The position numbers and the translations under genes are program-made. The notes beneath the pieces are model-generated. The model ran no database searches. It saw only the letters and a program-made list of their open reading frames with translations, and had not been told where the DNA came from. 64,000 nt of DNA from Lingula anatina (lineage: Eukaryota; Animalia; Brachiopoda), in assembly GCA_051362555.1 (NCBI GenBank), contig CM120644.1:20916534-20980533 (forward strand), given 5' to 3'. Shown one piece after another: positions 25,347 through 39,314 of the stretch (positions within the stretch are counted from its first letter, which is position 1; each line of letters begins with the position of its first letter).

Positions 25347-27263
25347 TTACATACATGTATACATCAGCTGGGGTACCTTTATTTCATGGTGCCTTCATTT
25401 CGACACGGGAACAAATGGCGCTGGTTGATTGATAACAGGCGGCGCAACCTGGCAATACACAGATTCGCCTAATGTTTACTACTAAGTGATGACTGGATGA
25501 ATAAGAAGCTAAAAGGTAAAATTAATTTCCTGACCTGGGCTGCCGATATATTCAATGTTCGACATACGTTCGACAACTGTGCGCCTTGGGTTAACTATCT
25601 CCTGGATGCTAAGTGGGATGGATTGCCCTGCACTCCATTGTGTGCCTGAGTGACGTGTCACCAATGACAACAGTATCCATGTATATATGTTAATTTTTGT
25701 CAACAAAGTGAAGACGACATTCGAGATGGTATGGCTGCCTAAGCGTTGTCATGAGGGATGGGTGTTCAATTGGATACAGAAATCCTTAATATACATACAG
25801 CTGGTACTGCTGGGACAAGTTGCGAACTGCGTTGAATTTTTTAGAAAGGGAAACGCAAAAAAATAAGTGACAATTTATTTAAGAAGGTATATATTACGTA
25901 TATACATATATATATATATATATATATAAACGACATTAAAAATTCGCTGAAACCGATGGATTGTTGCAGACATTGAGGCGTTCTGACTGAACGTGTATTA
26001 AATACACAATGTGATCTGATAGGTCTTTCACCTATTTACCCCGGTGATGATTAAAATGTGTTATGGACTGAGAAAAGCCGTGACCTACGTGACGTGGCAT
26101 AGAGAGCGTGACATAATGCTTGTGACGTAATGCAAAACAAATTAAATGTAAGAAGAAAGGACGGTCCGATTATTAGTAGACTAGATTTACATAATCGAAA
26201 TTTTAAAATCAGTTATGTCAATTATTCTTTTTGGCACTTAAAAATTTCCTATTGTTTTATAATTTAATATATTATCACTGACAAACAGTCAGATTGACCG
26301 TGCTATGAATTCAATGATCTCAATGAGTGAATGTCTAAAGCCACTGAATCGAAAATATTAAATAGTGTATCTTCGCCCATGGACCTAGCTTTTTCACTCC
26401 AGTTGTAGTATTTACAAGTAAAAACGTGAAAGGAATGGTTGAGCGTAGACGCCTGAGGTTAGTTTAATAGTTGATAGATATAATACACGCCACGCAGAGA
26501 GAACCAATTCTACAAGTAGCTAGCTAAATATTAAGGGGGCAGTTACGAGAATGTTGTCGTTTGTTCAGAGCTTACAGTAGTGATATAAAACGATGACGCA
26601 GCTAAAAGGCATTAGGATATTTTGTTGCATTATTATATTGTTTTAAGAAGGACTGTGTATAGAATCAGAAGCACTTCAAGTGGCCAGTTGCTACTCGGGC
26701 AATTTGACTTTGGATTGTGGAGTAATACACGAAATTAGACTCAACGATGTCGAGGTTTAAAAATAGTATTATGTATGCAAACGCCTGTTCGCACGAATAC
26801 ATATTAAGTCTGTCAAGCCTAACAATTGCGATTGAAGCAACCTGAAATTGATAGGTAAACATAATTGATAAGCCTTAAGATACTATTTTCATAAGTCAAA
26901 CGGGCAACAAAATAACTTCAGAGATTTTACTATTTCAGAAATATAGAAAAGGGGATTCTCATATTTGAAAATAACTATTGTCATTAATTTTCATTCAACG
27001 TGTTCATTTTGTGAAGTTGCAATAGGAAAGGTTTTATTGTCACTTTGGCCCACTAAAGTATTGGCCGATCTTCTGGATCTCTTTCTTTTGTTGAGACAAA
27101 GATGAGTTTTCTCGCCCAAGTGATGTATTATGCATATTTTATATACAAACTATGTTTGTGTCATCACGAGCCATCCCATATGAAAGCATAATGTGATATT
27201 TTCATGGTTGAGTAAAATTATTCGATGCTCAATGTCATACTCTTTTACATGTAATGGAAGTAA

Positions 27264-27269
27264 AATAAA
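27264..27269 (+). terminator. candidate myostatin polyadenylation signal
   Basis: AATAAA followed by a GT/T-rich tract (about 27285-27305), about 2.1 kb after the stop codon. Confidence 0.35.
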
Positions 27270-28993
27270 TCCATCATCTTGACATTTTACGTTTGTTATT
27301 TTTCACCATTCTCATTGCATGTAGAGTAAACTATTTCCAGCCCCCCCCCCCCCCCCCCCTTCAGAGAGTACAAGGTGAAAAGCTAAAAAATGATGACCTT
27401 TGAAAGCCAAAAAAAGATGACATTTGGATCGTCATTTTAATCATTTTCAAAAACGCACAGAAGGCATTACTCCCCATCCCCCCCCCTTCCCCAGATTTCT
27501 GAAAATGATGTTTAAAATGGATGCCCCTTACCGTATAACTAAGTAGCAGCTCGTAAGATACGACAGCCATCCGTTGCATCTTATAAGCTATTGAGAGTTC
27601 AAAACGCAAGCCTATAAACCACCGTTACTTGTTCTCTGTCTTTAACACCATAAAGCAAACACAGGCCTGGGAAAAATGTGAAGGGATATGAAGATGTAGT
27701 ATGCAGTAAGGAATAATAATAAAATATAGATAAATAATAATTATTATTATTACTTTACACTAAAACTCACGAATTTGGCCTACCCCATTCGTTCTTGAAA
27801 TAAAGTTGAAGTAAAATTCAATATTAAATTTGATTGAGACGGTTAGAAGCACACGTAAAATGCCGGCTATAATCCTGTTTTGAGTACAGATTGTCGAAAG
27901 AATCAAAAAGAAAGAAACTTTAATTTTGAATAAAGTTTTGTATCTACTATTTCTGCCCGATGACTCCGCCGACAGTAGGCCTAATTTGAACATAGCCAAC
28001 CCGTCTTTTAGAAATAATTCCAATGTAACAGCTCAGGCATGAAATTGCTTGTCGAGACACTAAGATCTCAAATGTTTTTAGTTTGATTGACTGCGTTATC
28101 TTTCTTAACATAGACAGATATTCAGCATTCTTTGACACTTTGAAGTAACTTTACACTACAGGTAATGAATCCAAAAGTCACCAATCAGTTTTTAGAACAA
28201 TATATTTGAATCTGATGCCATTCGGTGTCTTCAAAAGATTTTTGGGAAAGATAAGATGAATGTGGACACCTGATCGTCAAACAGATTGATCAAAGTGGAT
28301 ATTCAATCTTCAGAGACCGGGGCACCAGCTTCAGTGTACAGTACGTTTAACTTAGAAGCGGTTTTTAGACACAACGCTGACACAACCACCTTCCTAGTTT
28401 CATCCATGAAAGAGAACATAAAACGTGCAAATACTGCTTTTTGATTTCAAGGTCACGAATTATATCCCACCATATGACGTAAATGGACGCAGGTTAGTGT
28501 CACGCGGCCTCAATATGGGTTGTAATTAACATCCGCTGTTTGTTTCATTTAACTGGTTCAGCTGATTTTGTACTAAAATTGTAACGTTGCCAAACAAAAT
28601 GTATTTCCCAAGCATTTGTCACATGTTGGAAATGAGTTGAAGGCGAAAATACGAGTAGAACGACACAGAAGAAGAGTCGGTTCTGGGACGCGTGGACCTG
28701 GAACTGTTTTGACATTTGTGCCAAGCAACATGGTAACAGTTGTTATGTAACACCTCAACGTCACCATGGCGATATGTAAGCTAAGTTCAATGCTCTCTTA
28801 TTGAATGCGTGACAGCAACTGGCTGAACTATTTACACAGTTTCTTTAAAGTTTTAAACCCGTTATCTGATATTATGCAACAGCTTTTGGTTGTTGCTCAC
28901 AAAGCGCTACCGCCGTATAAAAAAAATAAAAAATAAAAAAAAAAAAAACACTGCCATCAAATGGTTCACTTCGTTTAGATGTAGTTACATTGA

Positions 28994-29580
28994 TTAAAGG
29001 TGCTCTATAGGTCTATGATAATTTCCCACAACCATATTTTTCATGCCTTCATATCTTACAAAACTACCGATCTTTCCCACCTTGTGCTTCAGAAATAACT
29101 TGAAATAAACCTCTACACTATAGCATACCCTGGCGTTTCAAGTTACACTGCTCCTCTGACCAGATCTGTTTTGACCTACCCTGTAGTTTATTGAGCCAAT
29201 CTAATGACCAATTTATTAAGCCATGTTTTCAAGATTTTTCGCGAAAGTTTGGTTAAAACGCTAATTGGATGAAATTCTAAAAATATATTCTATTACTAGA
29301 GCAACACGTGGGTTTGTTTATTGGCGCAGCACAACAAAATGTACACTTTGAAAGGTCAGGATTTGAACAAACCGCGCTTTGATTCGTTCGTGTTTATTGG
29401 TTAGATCGGTCAATGGATCATTTGGTAGGCTTTAGTGTAGAGGTTTTGTTTCAAGTTATCTCTCAGGGTGAAACCCTTCAAGTAAAGGCAATTGCCATCG
29501 ATAGTTCCGTCTGAAATGTCCAGGAAGACATGACAAGCCAGTCTTTCAATAGAAGAAGTAAATCATTAAGGGCACTGTAA
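28994..29580. mobile_element. palindromic MITE-like element
   Basis: Internal inverted arms ATAACTTGAAATAAACCTCTACACTA (about 29094-29120) / TAGTGTAGAGGTTTTGTTTCAAGTTAT (about 29432-29459); left end TTAAAGGTGCTCT. Confidence 0.5.
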
Positions 29581-30208
29581 GGTTATTACCTGTATCTTCC
29601 CGATACCGAAAATGAGGTTTTTCCTGCACCCAATTATTCAATAATGCACCTACCTTTGCCATGATTTAAAACAATAAAAATCCTCTTGAAAACATTAAAT
29701 ATTGGCGTTTATATTTCTCGTTGCCAAGCATAACCACAGGCAACCCTAAGCTTTTATCATCAATTTTACACCTTTCTATTTTGAAGAGAGATAGCAATAG
29801 GTATAAGGCGTAACTTCATCCCTGAACCAGATTTTATCACGAAAATTGACCACAAGTGTATGTTAAATGTTTTTGTTATGCATTTATGAGCCCCTTATTA
29901 CAGATCTTCATTAAACAAAGGCATTATTTTGCTTTGTCAACTATAAAATCTGAACTAAGGCTATTGAGAAAAATCGCTGGCAGGGTTTTGGAGTACTGGA
30001 TGGTGTCATTAGATTGGCGTGGGACGAAAAATTTGGGAAAACCATTTTTCCGTTTTTACCTCAAAATCGTACTTATTACATCATCCGTTAGCTGACGTGT
30101 CTAAAAGTTAATTAATTTGGTCGATGAACACTGAACATTTATTGGTTATCCAAAAGAATGTACGTCAGACAGTACATAGGGAGTAATTGGCAAATGTTTT
30201 CAGCATCC
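29570..30208 (+). mobile_element. diverged copy of the Kolobok-like MITE
   Basis: Colinear similarity to 17500-18252; ends CATCC|TTAA. Confidence 0.7.
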
Positions 30209-30364
30209 TTAAATTAAACAAGGAATAAATTAAACGGGAATGATTTGCGAGTAGGAAAAAGTGCCCCCCCCCCCCCCCCCAATGTATGTTGTACAATCAA
30301 CTTTCTTTTTTCATGAGGTATCAGGACTTTATTTTCATTGGGTCCACTAAGCGTGGTCCATTGG

Positions 30365-30590
30365 AACCAACCTAACATTACACCATGGCCCGTTAGTGTA
30401 CCCAATTGAAGTCAACCTAACATTACACCATGGCCCATTAGTGTACCCAATTGAAGTCAACCTAACATCACACCATGACCCGTTAGTGTACCCAATTGAA
30501 GTCAACCTAACATCACACCATGACCCATTAGTGTACCCAATTGAAGCTAATCTAACATTAGAACAACATGATCTATTTGTGTACCCGTGT
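30365..30590. repeat. 45-bp minisatellite (about 5 copies)
   Basis: Unit AACCTAACATYACACCATGRCCCRTTAGTGTACCCAATTGAAGTC. Confidence 0.9.
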
Positions 30591-31621
30591 TAGCCCACCT
30601 AGTATAAACCAGGACCAAACAGGCCACATCTTGGTGATGGTGAAAGAAGCGAAATATTTCATCATTACTAATTATTCTTTTCTGGTTTTCTGATCAACAC
30701 ACTACAGCAACAGTACCAATATAACTCATCTTCCATATTCTATGTATAGTAATTGTACAGTAATTGTATTATTTTTGGATCGAGTGACAGTAAATTTTAA
30801 AAAGTCCAACTTATTCAAAGCTCAGCTGTTATATTAGTTAAAAAGATTTTAAAATTTTGGACATTTTGCTCGTTTTAAAAGAAAGAAACATGGGATTCAA
30901 TACGACAAAGAATTTAAGAAGTATCTTGCATTGTTTTAAAATTTTTAAAGAAAATAAAGGAATAATTAATCAAACTGAACCAAAAAGGTGAACTATAAAA
31001 GAATTTTATAATTTCTTTTTATACTTAGCCAATGTGAATTAGAAAGCTTTTATTGTTTGTGACCAAAAATTGTGGAATTAAGTGCCTTTTTATGTAAGTA
31101 ATTATGACAGTTTTAAAGTATCTTTTGATACTTTTACAGGGAATTATTAAACTTGTTAGACAGCAAAGCTGTTAATAAAAAAACACCAATCAAAAAAAAA
31201 ATAAATAAATAAATAAATAAAAAATAAACATTGCAATAATGTTTTTTACAGTTAAATAATCTGATTTTGCTAATTGTGGAAAAGAACCTGCTTTTTAACT
31301 TTACATCAATAATTTCTGTAAGATATCAGGCAATTATTCTGATCTCCAAAAGAACCTTTTATTTAAACCAAACAAAGCTCTTTAGTAAAGAGACAAATAC
31401 TGTAACAATGTCTCTGTTTAAAAAAGGGGTGGTGAGAAGGAAGGTACATTGATTATTAGAGAAACAAACATTCAAGGAAATCACAAAATGAGAAAATGTG
31501 AATTCCAGTAATCAAAAGTCATATAATACACAGTTTTGATTGAATTGCAACATGTTACCACCCCTTACTTAGCCTAGTATACCATGGTAAAGAATGCAAA
31601 ATGTCCAATAAATTTCATCAA

Positions 31622-33980
31622 AACTAGAGGATCAGAGAGACGATATCGCCTCCGAATATTGTACCACCAGCTGGAGTAAGCGCGATCGTACAGACCCCCA
31701 CACACACAAAAAAGGGACACCACCACCAGTCTTGTGCTTGACAAGCTGTAAAAAATGCAATCAACAAGAATTCTCAAAATATACAAAAAAAAATATATAT
31801 ATATATAACTAAAAATGGTACAATCAAAGTTCAGTTCATAGTAAGGTAGGTCAAAGGTCAATTTCAAGGTCACAGTAAATTTCCAGTATATGACTTCCTA
31901 TTCAAGTTCAATAGCAACTATGGACCTATCTCTGCCAGTTTTGGAGATAAAAGGGAACCAAAATTTGTAAACTTCAATTCATGATAAAAAGTAGGTCAAA
32001 CGTAAATTTCAAGGTCACACTTAGATTGCCAGTATATGACTTCCTATTCAAATTCAATAGTAACTATGGGCGTATCTTGTCAGTTTTGGAAATAAAAGGG
32101 AACCAAAATTTGCAAAGTTAAAATAAAAGCATTAAAAAGTTGCAAAGTTCAGTTTATGGTGTAAAGTAGGTCAAAGGTCAATTTCAAGGTCACAATTAGT
32201 TTGCCAGTATATGACTTCCTATTCAAGTTCAATAGTAACTATGGACCTATCTCTGCCAGTTTTGGAGATAAAAGGGAACCAAAATTTGTAAACTTCAATT
32301 CATGATGAAAAGTAGGTCAAAGGTCAATTTCAAGGTCACACTTAGATTGCCTCTAATGACTTCTATTTAAGTTCAGTAGTTACTATAGGCGTATTTTTGC
32401 CAGTTTTGGAGATAAAAGGGAACAAAATTTGCAAAGTTCAATTCATGGTAAAAAGTAGGTCAAAGGTCAATTTTAAGGTCACAGTAAATTGACTTTAATG
32501 ATTTCCTATTCAAGTTCAATAGTAACTATGGATCTATCTCTGCTAGTTTTGGAGATAAAAGGGAACAAAATTTGCAAAGTACAATTCATGATGAAAAGTG
32601 GGTCAAAGGTCAATTTCAAGGTCATATTTAGATTGTCAGTATATGGCTTCCTATTCAAGTTAAATAGTAACTATGGACCTATCTCTGCTAGTTTTGGAGA
32701 TAAAAAGGAACAAATTTTGCAAAGTTCAGTTCATGGTTAAAAGTCAAAGGTCAATTTTAAGGTCACAGTAAAGTGCCTCGTATGACTTTCTATTCAAATT
32801 TAATAGTAACTATGGGCGTAACTCTGCCAGTTTTGAAAATAAAAGCATTAAAAAGTTGCAAAGTTTAGTTGATGGTGTAAAGTAGGTCAAAGGTCAATTT
32901 CACGGTCACATTTAGATTGCCAGTATATGACTTCCTATTCAAGTTCAATAGTAACTATGGACCTATCTCTGCCAGTTTTGGAGATATAAGGGACTAAATG
33001 TTATAATTTTGGAGTTACAATAATGTGCCATAAATTTCGTACAGAAAAAATTAATTAAAATAAAGAAATGGTCATTTTGGTCCAAATTCTTGAAATGGGA
33101 GGTGCTCTGAAGTTCCAGATGTTCAAATTTGATGAAATAATGTCATTTTGACCACAAGTTGTCTGCCTCGCCAAGCCTTATGTTTTATATTTCCGGAGTT
33201 CAAAATTTATTATCCATTACCTTACTGCACATTTTGCTTTCACCACCAATATGTACTTTTTGATACCACGTAACTTGTAAACCGTATGGAATACAAAAAA
33301 AACGGAGACCACATCAGTGTTGGGCTTTACATGCTCTACAAAATGCAAAAAAGAATGGGTCTCTATAGCATTAATGGTTCCCGAATTAGAGACAGTTTTC
33401 AGTTTCGGTATCTTATGGCCGCTTCTCCCGTGAAAATGCACCGATTGACCCCAAATTCACGGAGATGAAAGATGACCTGAAGGGTAACACTTTCCAATAA
33501 TATTATTGGTTAAGTCTGTGTGGTGTCTGAATAACAGGGCAAAAAAAATTTTTTTCCTAAAAAAATTTCATTTTTTTGAAAATTTTGGCCCATTTGACCT
33601 TGAAATAAATAAAGGTCAAAGGTCAAATCCAAGGGCATATTTGAAATCTACACATATGACTTTTGGAAAGCCGTCTGTAGAAATTTTTCCCATAATTCCT
33701 TCCGTAGGGTAGATTAGCATTTAATTTTGCCATTTTTAGACAAGGGTGCATTGCAATGAGTGCCACACCTAGACCCCAATACCGACAAAGCCCAAATTTT
33801 ACGTGGAACGAGTTGAGATTATAGGTGACCTAAATCCAAGAGATGGGTACGGAGGCCCTTACCGTCTAGGAGGAGAAGTGGTAATGGTAGCCATCCGGCG
33901 GAGCCGGGGGAGCTGGCGGAACGATCCGGACAGGACTAAAACCATGTGTACCGCCAGCGCTAACGCTGGTGGTACAATAA
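31622..33980 (-). mobile_element. HINE/Helentron-type element (family B) with an internal satellite of about 145 bp
   Basis: Perfect 14-bp subTIRs ATTGTACCACCAGC (31658) / GCTGGTGGTACAAT (33965); 5' fold-back at 33948-33975; 3' hairpin GAGACGATATCGCCTC plus CTAG and a T-run on -; about 8 tandem units at 31830-32995. Confidence 0.85.
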
Positions 33981-34207
33981 TCTGATCATGGTGATTTTCA
34001 AATGCAGCCCCTCTTTTTGTCAAAAAAACTTAATTATAAATAAAGTAAAACAAAAGAAGTTTGGCACTTATGAGGTGAACAAATGTGTCAGACAACAACA
34101 GCTATGTTCATTCACAATCCTTCCTGATACTAAAGTCAGATTATTGAAGAACATAAAAAGATTTTTGCACCGTATACATGTACAGTACATGTACATGAAG
34201 CTACCAG

Positions 34208-34468
34208 TCAACCAACTTGTTGACTTTCAGCAGTTGCACATTTACTGGAACCACTGTCTGCTGGCCTCATGGCTGCTGCGGAAGATTTCTGCACCACAGT
34301 TTCTGACTGCTGTTGTTTATTTGTGCCCTGTGTGTCTAGCCTCTGTTGTTGAGACTGTCTCTGTTTGAGGACATGTTGGTACTGCTCTAAAGTTAACAAT
34401 CTCCCAACTTGGTCTTGAAATTCATGCAGTCTCGGCAACACTATGGCGATGTAACCATCTGTATCAGG
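34208..34468 (-). CDS. ABITRAM: ABITRAM exon 5
   Basis: Encodes PDTDGYIAIVLPRL...LLTLEQY, then a Gln-rich tail and TGA. Confidence 0.9.
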   Translation of the reverse strand, partial: PDTDGYIAIVLPRLHEFQDQVGRLLTLEQYQHVLKQRQSQQQRLDTQGTNKQQQSETVVQKSSAAAMRPADSGSSKCATAESQQVG

Positions 34469-37400
34469 CTGGAAGATAAAAGACAATGTTAGACACTTGG
34501 ACATTTATATATGATACAAGAATTCAGAGAAGGCAGGTGAGATTACAGGCACTCAAATACTGACCATTAGAAGTGAAGTGATTTCTTTGTGCTTCTGCAC
34601 CAGGATTGCCTACCAAGGGTATTGCAATGTAAGGAACCCATGTACAGTATGTTCTATAGTCCAATGTTGTTGTCAGTGATCACACAGGGGGTGTGGCCAT
34701 CATAAACGTTGCAATTTGTATCCCCAGAGAACTTTACAAAAATGGTTTTGTTGAACATACATATGGACAGCAGCTATCTTCCACATTCACAATAAAAGAA
34801 TCTGCTACTACATTGTACAGCATGTCTGCATATAAAAACAATACCAAAATTAACCATCAAACAAGCCTATAGATTACTGGAAATATTTCACCTAGAATAT
34901 AGGTCAAAGGTCAAATTCAAGGGTACCCTTGGATTCACAATAAAGGAACTATTCGAGTTCAAGAGTTAATATGAGTTAGTTTTGGAGATATATTTAGTGC
35001 ATTGTAAAAAAAGCATTTCACTTTAGAAGGTACATGTAGGTCAATGCATTCAGTGAGAGGCTGGCAGAGTACTAGTAAGGATCAATCTACTTGTACATGT
35101 ATGTACCATCTACCAGTACACCATGTTGATAATTCTGTCAGTGCATTACTTGTGGTTCTACTGGACCATTGGACACAGTGCTTAACTCCCTTTAGCATCT
35201 TTTATCTATAACAGACCACCAGGCTACCAGCCTATTTTCATTGTTAACAGGTACAGTGTATAGACTAGGTACAGGTGGTCTAGATTGTGAAAATAGAGAA
35301 TGAACTTAAATTGATGCAAGTATATTATATAAAAACTAACATGTACTCTCTACTCTTTTTTATTTTTGATAGTTTATATATAATTGAGCACTATACAGAA
35401 AATCTGTCAACACATGTCATGTGTACCTGAAGACGCGTTAAAATGTTTGAAATGAAAACAACAAACGTGGCATGCTCCAAAATTACCAAACTTTGGCACC
35501 TTTCCCACTATTCATACTATAATGTGGTTTCAGAGCTATAACTGGAAATGGGGGGAGGGGGGGGAGTGAGAAAGACTGAGCCTTTTGGCTTAGAAAGGTC
35601 TGCTCTGCATTAAACTTTGATGTAGGATCTATGCCATATCTCAAGTTAATATGGGTCAATCAAAGGAGTAAAAATTTGCACTTTTTTCAGAAAAATACCT
35701 CCTTTTGAAACAGCTGGCTACATGCCAGTGCATGTTACAATGCTCATTTTGTTTTGGAATGTAAATGAAGACCTGAAGCTGCCAACTACAAGAAGCAGAA
35801 TTTTCTAAGAAATTAAGATCTTGCAAAACAGCTGTTGGCAACTTACTTTAATCTAACATCCCCACCATATTATATCAGTGATATGGCTGTGGAATTCCCC
35901 TCCCCACTTTTACTGTGCCAACAAACACAAGCTTTGGAATGTCTAACAACATCAGAACTACTGAAAATTCTTCTCTCCACCACTTCCTGCTCAAACATTA
36001 TGTAACATACACACTCTGATATACTGTTCCTCATTCACAATAATTCAGTAATGGCTTTCCTGCCAACCGGAGTCTATTAAAATTAAACTGAACTCCCTAG
36101 AGGTAATTTCCTAATGGATGTCAAGGCTACACTAGTGCTGTGATCTAAGCAAGGCCCCCTGCCTCGGGATAGCCTTGGAATAAGAAGTGCATGTGACCTG
36201 TTGCTCTGCCAAAGTTAAGACAGAAATGAAAAAAACTTTCAAGTGATGTCAAGTGCTTGGGGTTATATATCCTAAAACACATTTTATAACAAACTAATGA
36301 ATGTGTCGGGGGTTGTGGAGTTACAGTTATGTATTCCAAAATATTCCAAGACACATATCCCAAAAATTACCATATGTGTGTCTCTCTCCATTACGTGTGT
36401 GTGTGCATGCGCCCACACATGTACATGTATTTGTGTTTGTGTGTTTGTATGAGGGGGGGGCTATGAAGTGAGGTTACAAGTTTACCTCCAGAGGATGCAT
36501 TTACAGGTGCCTTTAAAAAAGCTTCCAATAATGATAAAAGCTCTTGTTGTTAAGTATATGATGGATCTTTAAATAGGAAAATAGGGTTCTATTTTTTTTT
36601 TGTCTAATGCATTATAGCAATGAGTCAATTAACTAATGCTGGTGAATGCTTCCTTATGAATTGCTGAAATATTTGAGTGACAAAGGAGACTATCTTAAAG
36701 ATTTTAATAATTTCAGTTACATATAAAACAGGCTTGGATTTCCAGTAACACATATAAACCATTTCCACCAGTTTCTTACACTGCTAAAATAAATTCCAGG
36801 TGCTAAGTCATAAACCAAATTAAACCCTAATTCTTGCAAAAATAGCTTTAAAACATCACTTTCTTCAAATTTGTGGTTGTAAATTAATCTATTTATTTAT
36901 CCCTCCAATTCGTAAAAGTGCCATAAATGACATAGTACTGCGGTCACATAACATAATCATCACTCTCACTCCCACATTTGGATGTATAGCTGCATGCACA
37001 ATATATTTATTGCATACTTATCCAAACGAGACTTACTGCTGAGGAATATTTATAGGACATAAAAGAAACCAGAGACATCTGTTCAAATATCATTTTTCTG
37101 GAAATTTTTGTGGCAAAGACTTGATTTTGAATGCATCTTTAAGGAGACAATGTTAAACAAAGCCTCAAAGCTGTCAAATGTACAGACAAAAAGCAAAAAA
37201 TGAAGATGCAGAAAATAGGTCATTTTGTCAATTTTGATACAATAATAAATAATGCATATAACAGCACAGTCAATCCACACTAAAATTTAATCATGCACAA
37301 CAGGTAACATGGTCAATAAGATTACAGTTTCAGGACCATATGTGAGAGTTCAAATTCACAGGAAATGTGTAAACAGGTGTTTTTGGCCAAGAGTTCATCT

Positions 37401-39314
37401 TCTTCCAGAAAAAAAATGTTTTGTTGTATTACCTTCTGTGTCAGCAAGCTAGGAGTTCTGACCAGGTTCTCATTTATCTCCACCAGATGTCCTCGTATGC
37501 AGCTGTACAAGGTGTATGTGGATTGGTCAGAACATGTCACATGACACAAAGCAGACAATTCTGTCAGCCACTGACCACCCTGAAGATGGAATATATGGAA
37601 TTATTTGTTGGAGCATGTTGATTTCCTTTTTATTATCAATTTCATATTTTTTACATAGGAGAATGCAAGAATATTTTGTTTAAGATGCACATGCAGAGTG
37701 TATTACTTTCATAAAATGGACTTTGACAAACCAAAAAGCATTTTTCCAATAAATATATCCAGAAAACAATTACATTATCTGTGGTAATGTGTACCACTTT
37801 TAAACTTGTAATACATACCTTTTTCCCCTTCCCAGTCACCTTGTTGTCCATTCTATTTGTCTTCTTGTCCACCTGGAAGTTCACTGTGCAGACTGTCTTG
37901 TGCTGTGACAGGATGGGGTGACACCTGGCGACCGTCACCACACAAATCCTGCACACAAAATAAACATCACAACATTACCACTGTGTCCTTGTTAAGCATG
38001 AATAAATATGGTCATATCTTTAAAGTTGCATAGGAAATCAAATATTTGCCACTAAACCCAACCCAATGCCACTGAAAAATTTTCAAACAGCATAACTTAC
38101 GGAAATACAAATGGGTGTCATTTCAAACTTCTAAAAAAAAATATATCTGAACACATATTTTATTTCCTGGCTGACCAAGAGATTAACTTGGGTTATCCCT
38201 TGCATGTTGACTTTATTTGAGTCATATATTATTAAGAAACTATTAGAAGTGATTTATATGTGAATCCATGCTCACTTTCTATGTTACTAAACACTTTAAC
38301 CTTCATGTGGTTTTCACCCAGTAAAGACATTAAAGGTATCATTTAGGCCTCATTCCCACTGAAGTTATTGGTCTACATATATCAGTCCAAATCTGCAGGG
38401 ACTCTCGCTGAATACAGTCACTTTAACAGATGAACACGCCTCCTCTTGTTTCCAATATATACCATACTTGTAAAAAGCTCCAACTTTTCTGTATTCTTCT
38501 CAATTCCAGGAGGAGTTCAAGTTTCACTGCATACTTTTAAGACTAAACAAGAAAGTGTCTGTGACAATAGTAATGGGGGTGAAAATCAAGGTAAGTTGTG
38601 ACTCACTTTTGAAAATGATGTATTGAACATAGGCAACATGGCGTTCCTCGAACAATGATATCTCTTGATCTAAATGAGATGACTTTAAAAATCTCAACTT
38701 TTTGTTCAGACCCAGATTTGTGGCTATCTGCACACCTATATGTACATGTAGCATGTAATTATTGGAGGAAAACATGTCTATTCCATTTGTTTAGAATTTG
38801 CACAACTTTACCTATTTGAGTGTACCAGAACACACTGGTCTTCTCCAGGAACTTTCTTCACATCTAAATAAACCAGAAATATACAAATAAACAGAGGAAT
38901 AACCCAGTAATTCAATGGTGACTTAGTCAATGATATACAGTACATATAATCAGAAATCCTAAAAGAAACAGCACCAGGGCTTAAAGCGATGAGCTTTTCA
39001 ATTAACATGTTTCACGAAGCCGCAATGAGATTACTAATAACAATGTTACTGACAACTACTGCATTGTGATCTCTGATAACTTCAATTTGAACTCAATAAG
39101 AAAAAAATGCAGCTCATTTTGGTTGACCATGCAGTGCCAGTGACATAGAAATCTGTGCATCTGTTCAATTACAGACTCGAAGTAAAGTATAAGCTGCATT
39201 TCAGAGCGTACCAGGTTTGTATCTTGGAGTAAAATACCGCTCTACAACAGATGGGTGCTGGACTGTTCTTGTTTCAGCTTCAACCAGAGCCGCCGCACGT
39301 GTGTTGTCATCCAT
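34208..39314 (-). CDS. ABITRAM: Protein Abitram/Simiate (FAM206A), complement(join(34208..34468,37433..37579,37819..37948,38812..38863,39212..39314)), 230 aa
   Basis: The joined protein contains PSVVERYFTPRYKPDVK..GEDQCVLVHSNRICVVTVA..HP...NKVTGKGKKGGQWLTELSALC.VTCSD..YT..SCIRG.LVEINENL...PS.L..KP.TDGYIAIVLP, the recognisable ABITRAM signature. Junctions are GT-AG with phases 1, 2, 0, 0. Confidence 0.93.
37433..37579 (-). CDS. ABITRAM: ABITRAM exon 4
   Basis: Encodes GGQWLTELSALCHVTCSD...SCIRGHLVEINENL...TQK; CAG| acceptor and |GTAATA donor. Confidence 0.92.
37819..37948 (-). CDS. ABITRAM: ABITRAM exon 3
   Basis: Encodes ICVVTVARCHPILS...NKVTGKGKK; CAG| acceptor and |GTATGT donor. Confidence 0.9.
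38812..38863 (-). CDS. ABITRAM: ABITRAM exon 2
   Basis: Encodes DVKKVPGEDQCVLVHSNR; TAG| acceptor and |GTAAAG donor. Confidence 0.9.
39212..39314 (-). CDS. ABITRAM: ABITRAM exon 1
   Basis: ATG at 39314; encodes MDDNTRAAALVEAETRTVQHPSVVERYFTPRYKP; donor G|GTACGC. Confidence 0.88.

Noticed and set aside
27760-28330. Short - strand ORFs that look protein-like
   Set aside because: No recognisable motif or splice structure. A decayed element is possible but unsupported without a search.
35421-35460. CTGAAGA...GAAA hammerhead-like core
   Set aside because: Stem II and the flanking stems do not pair.
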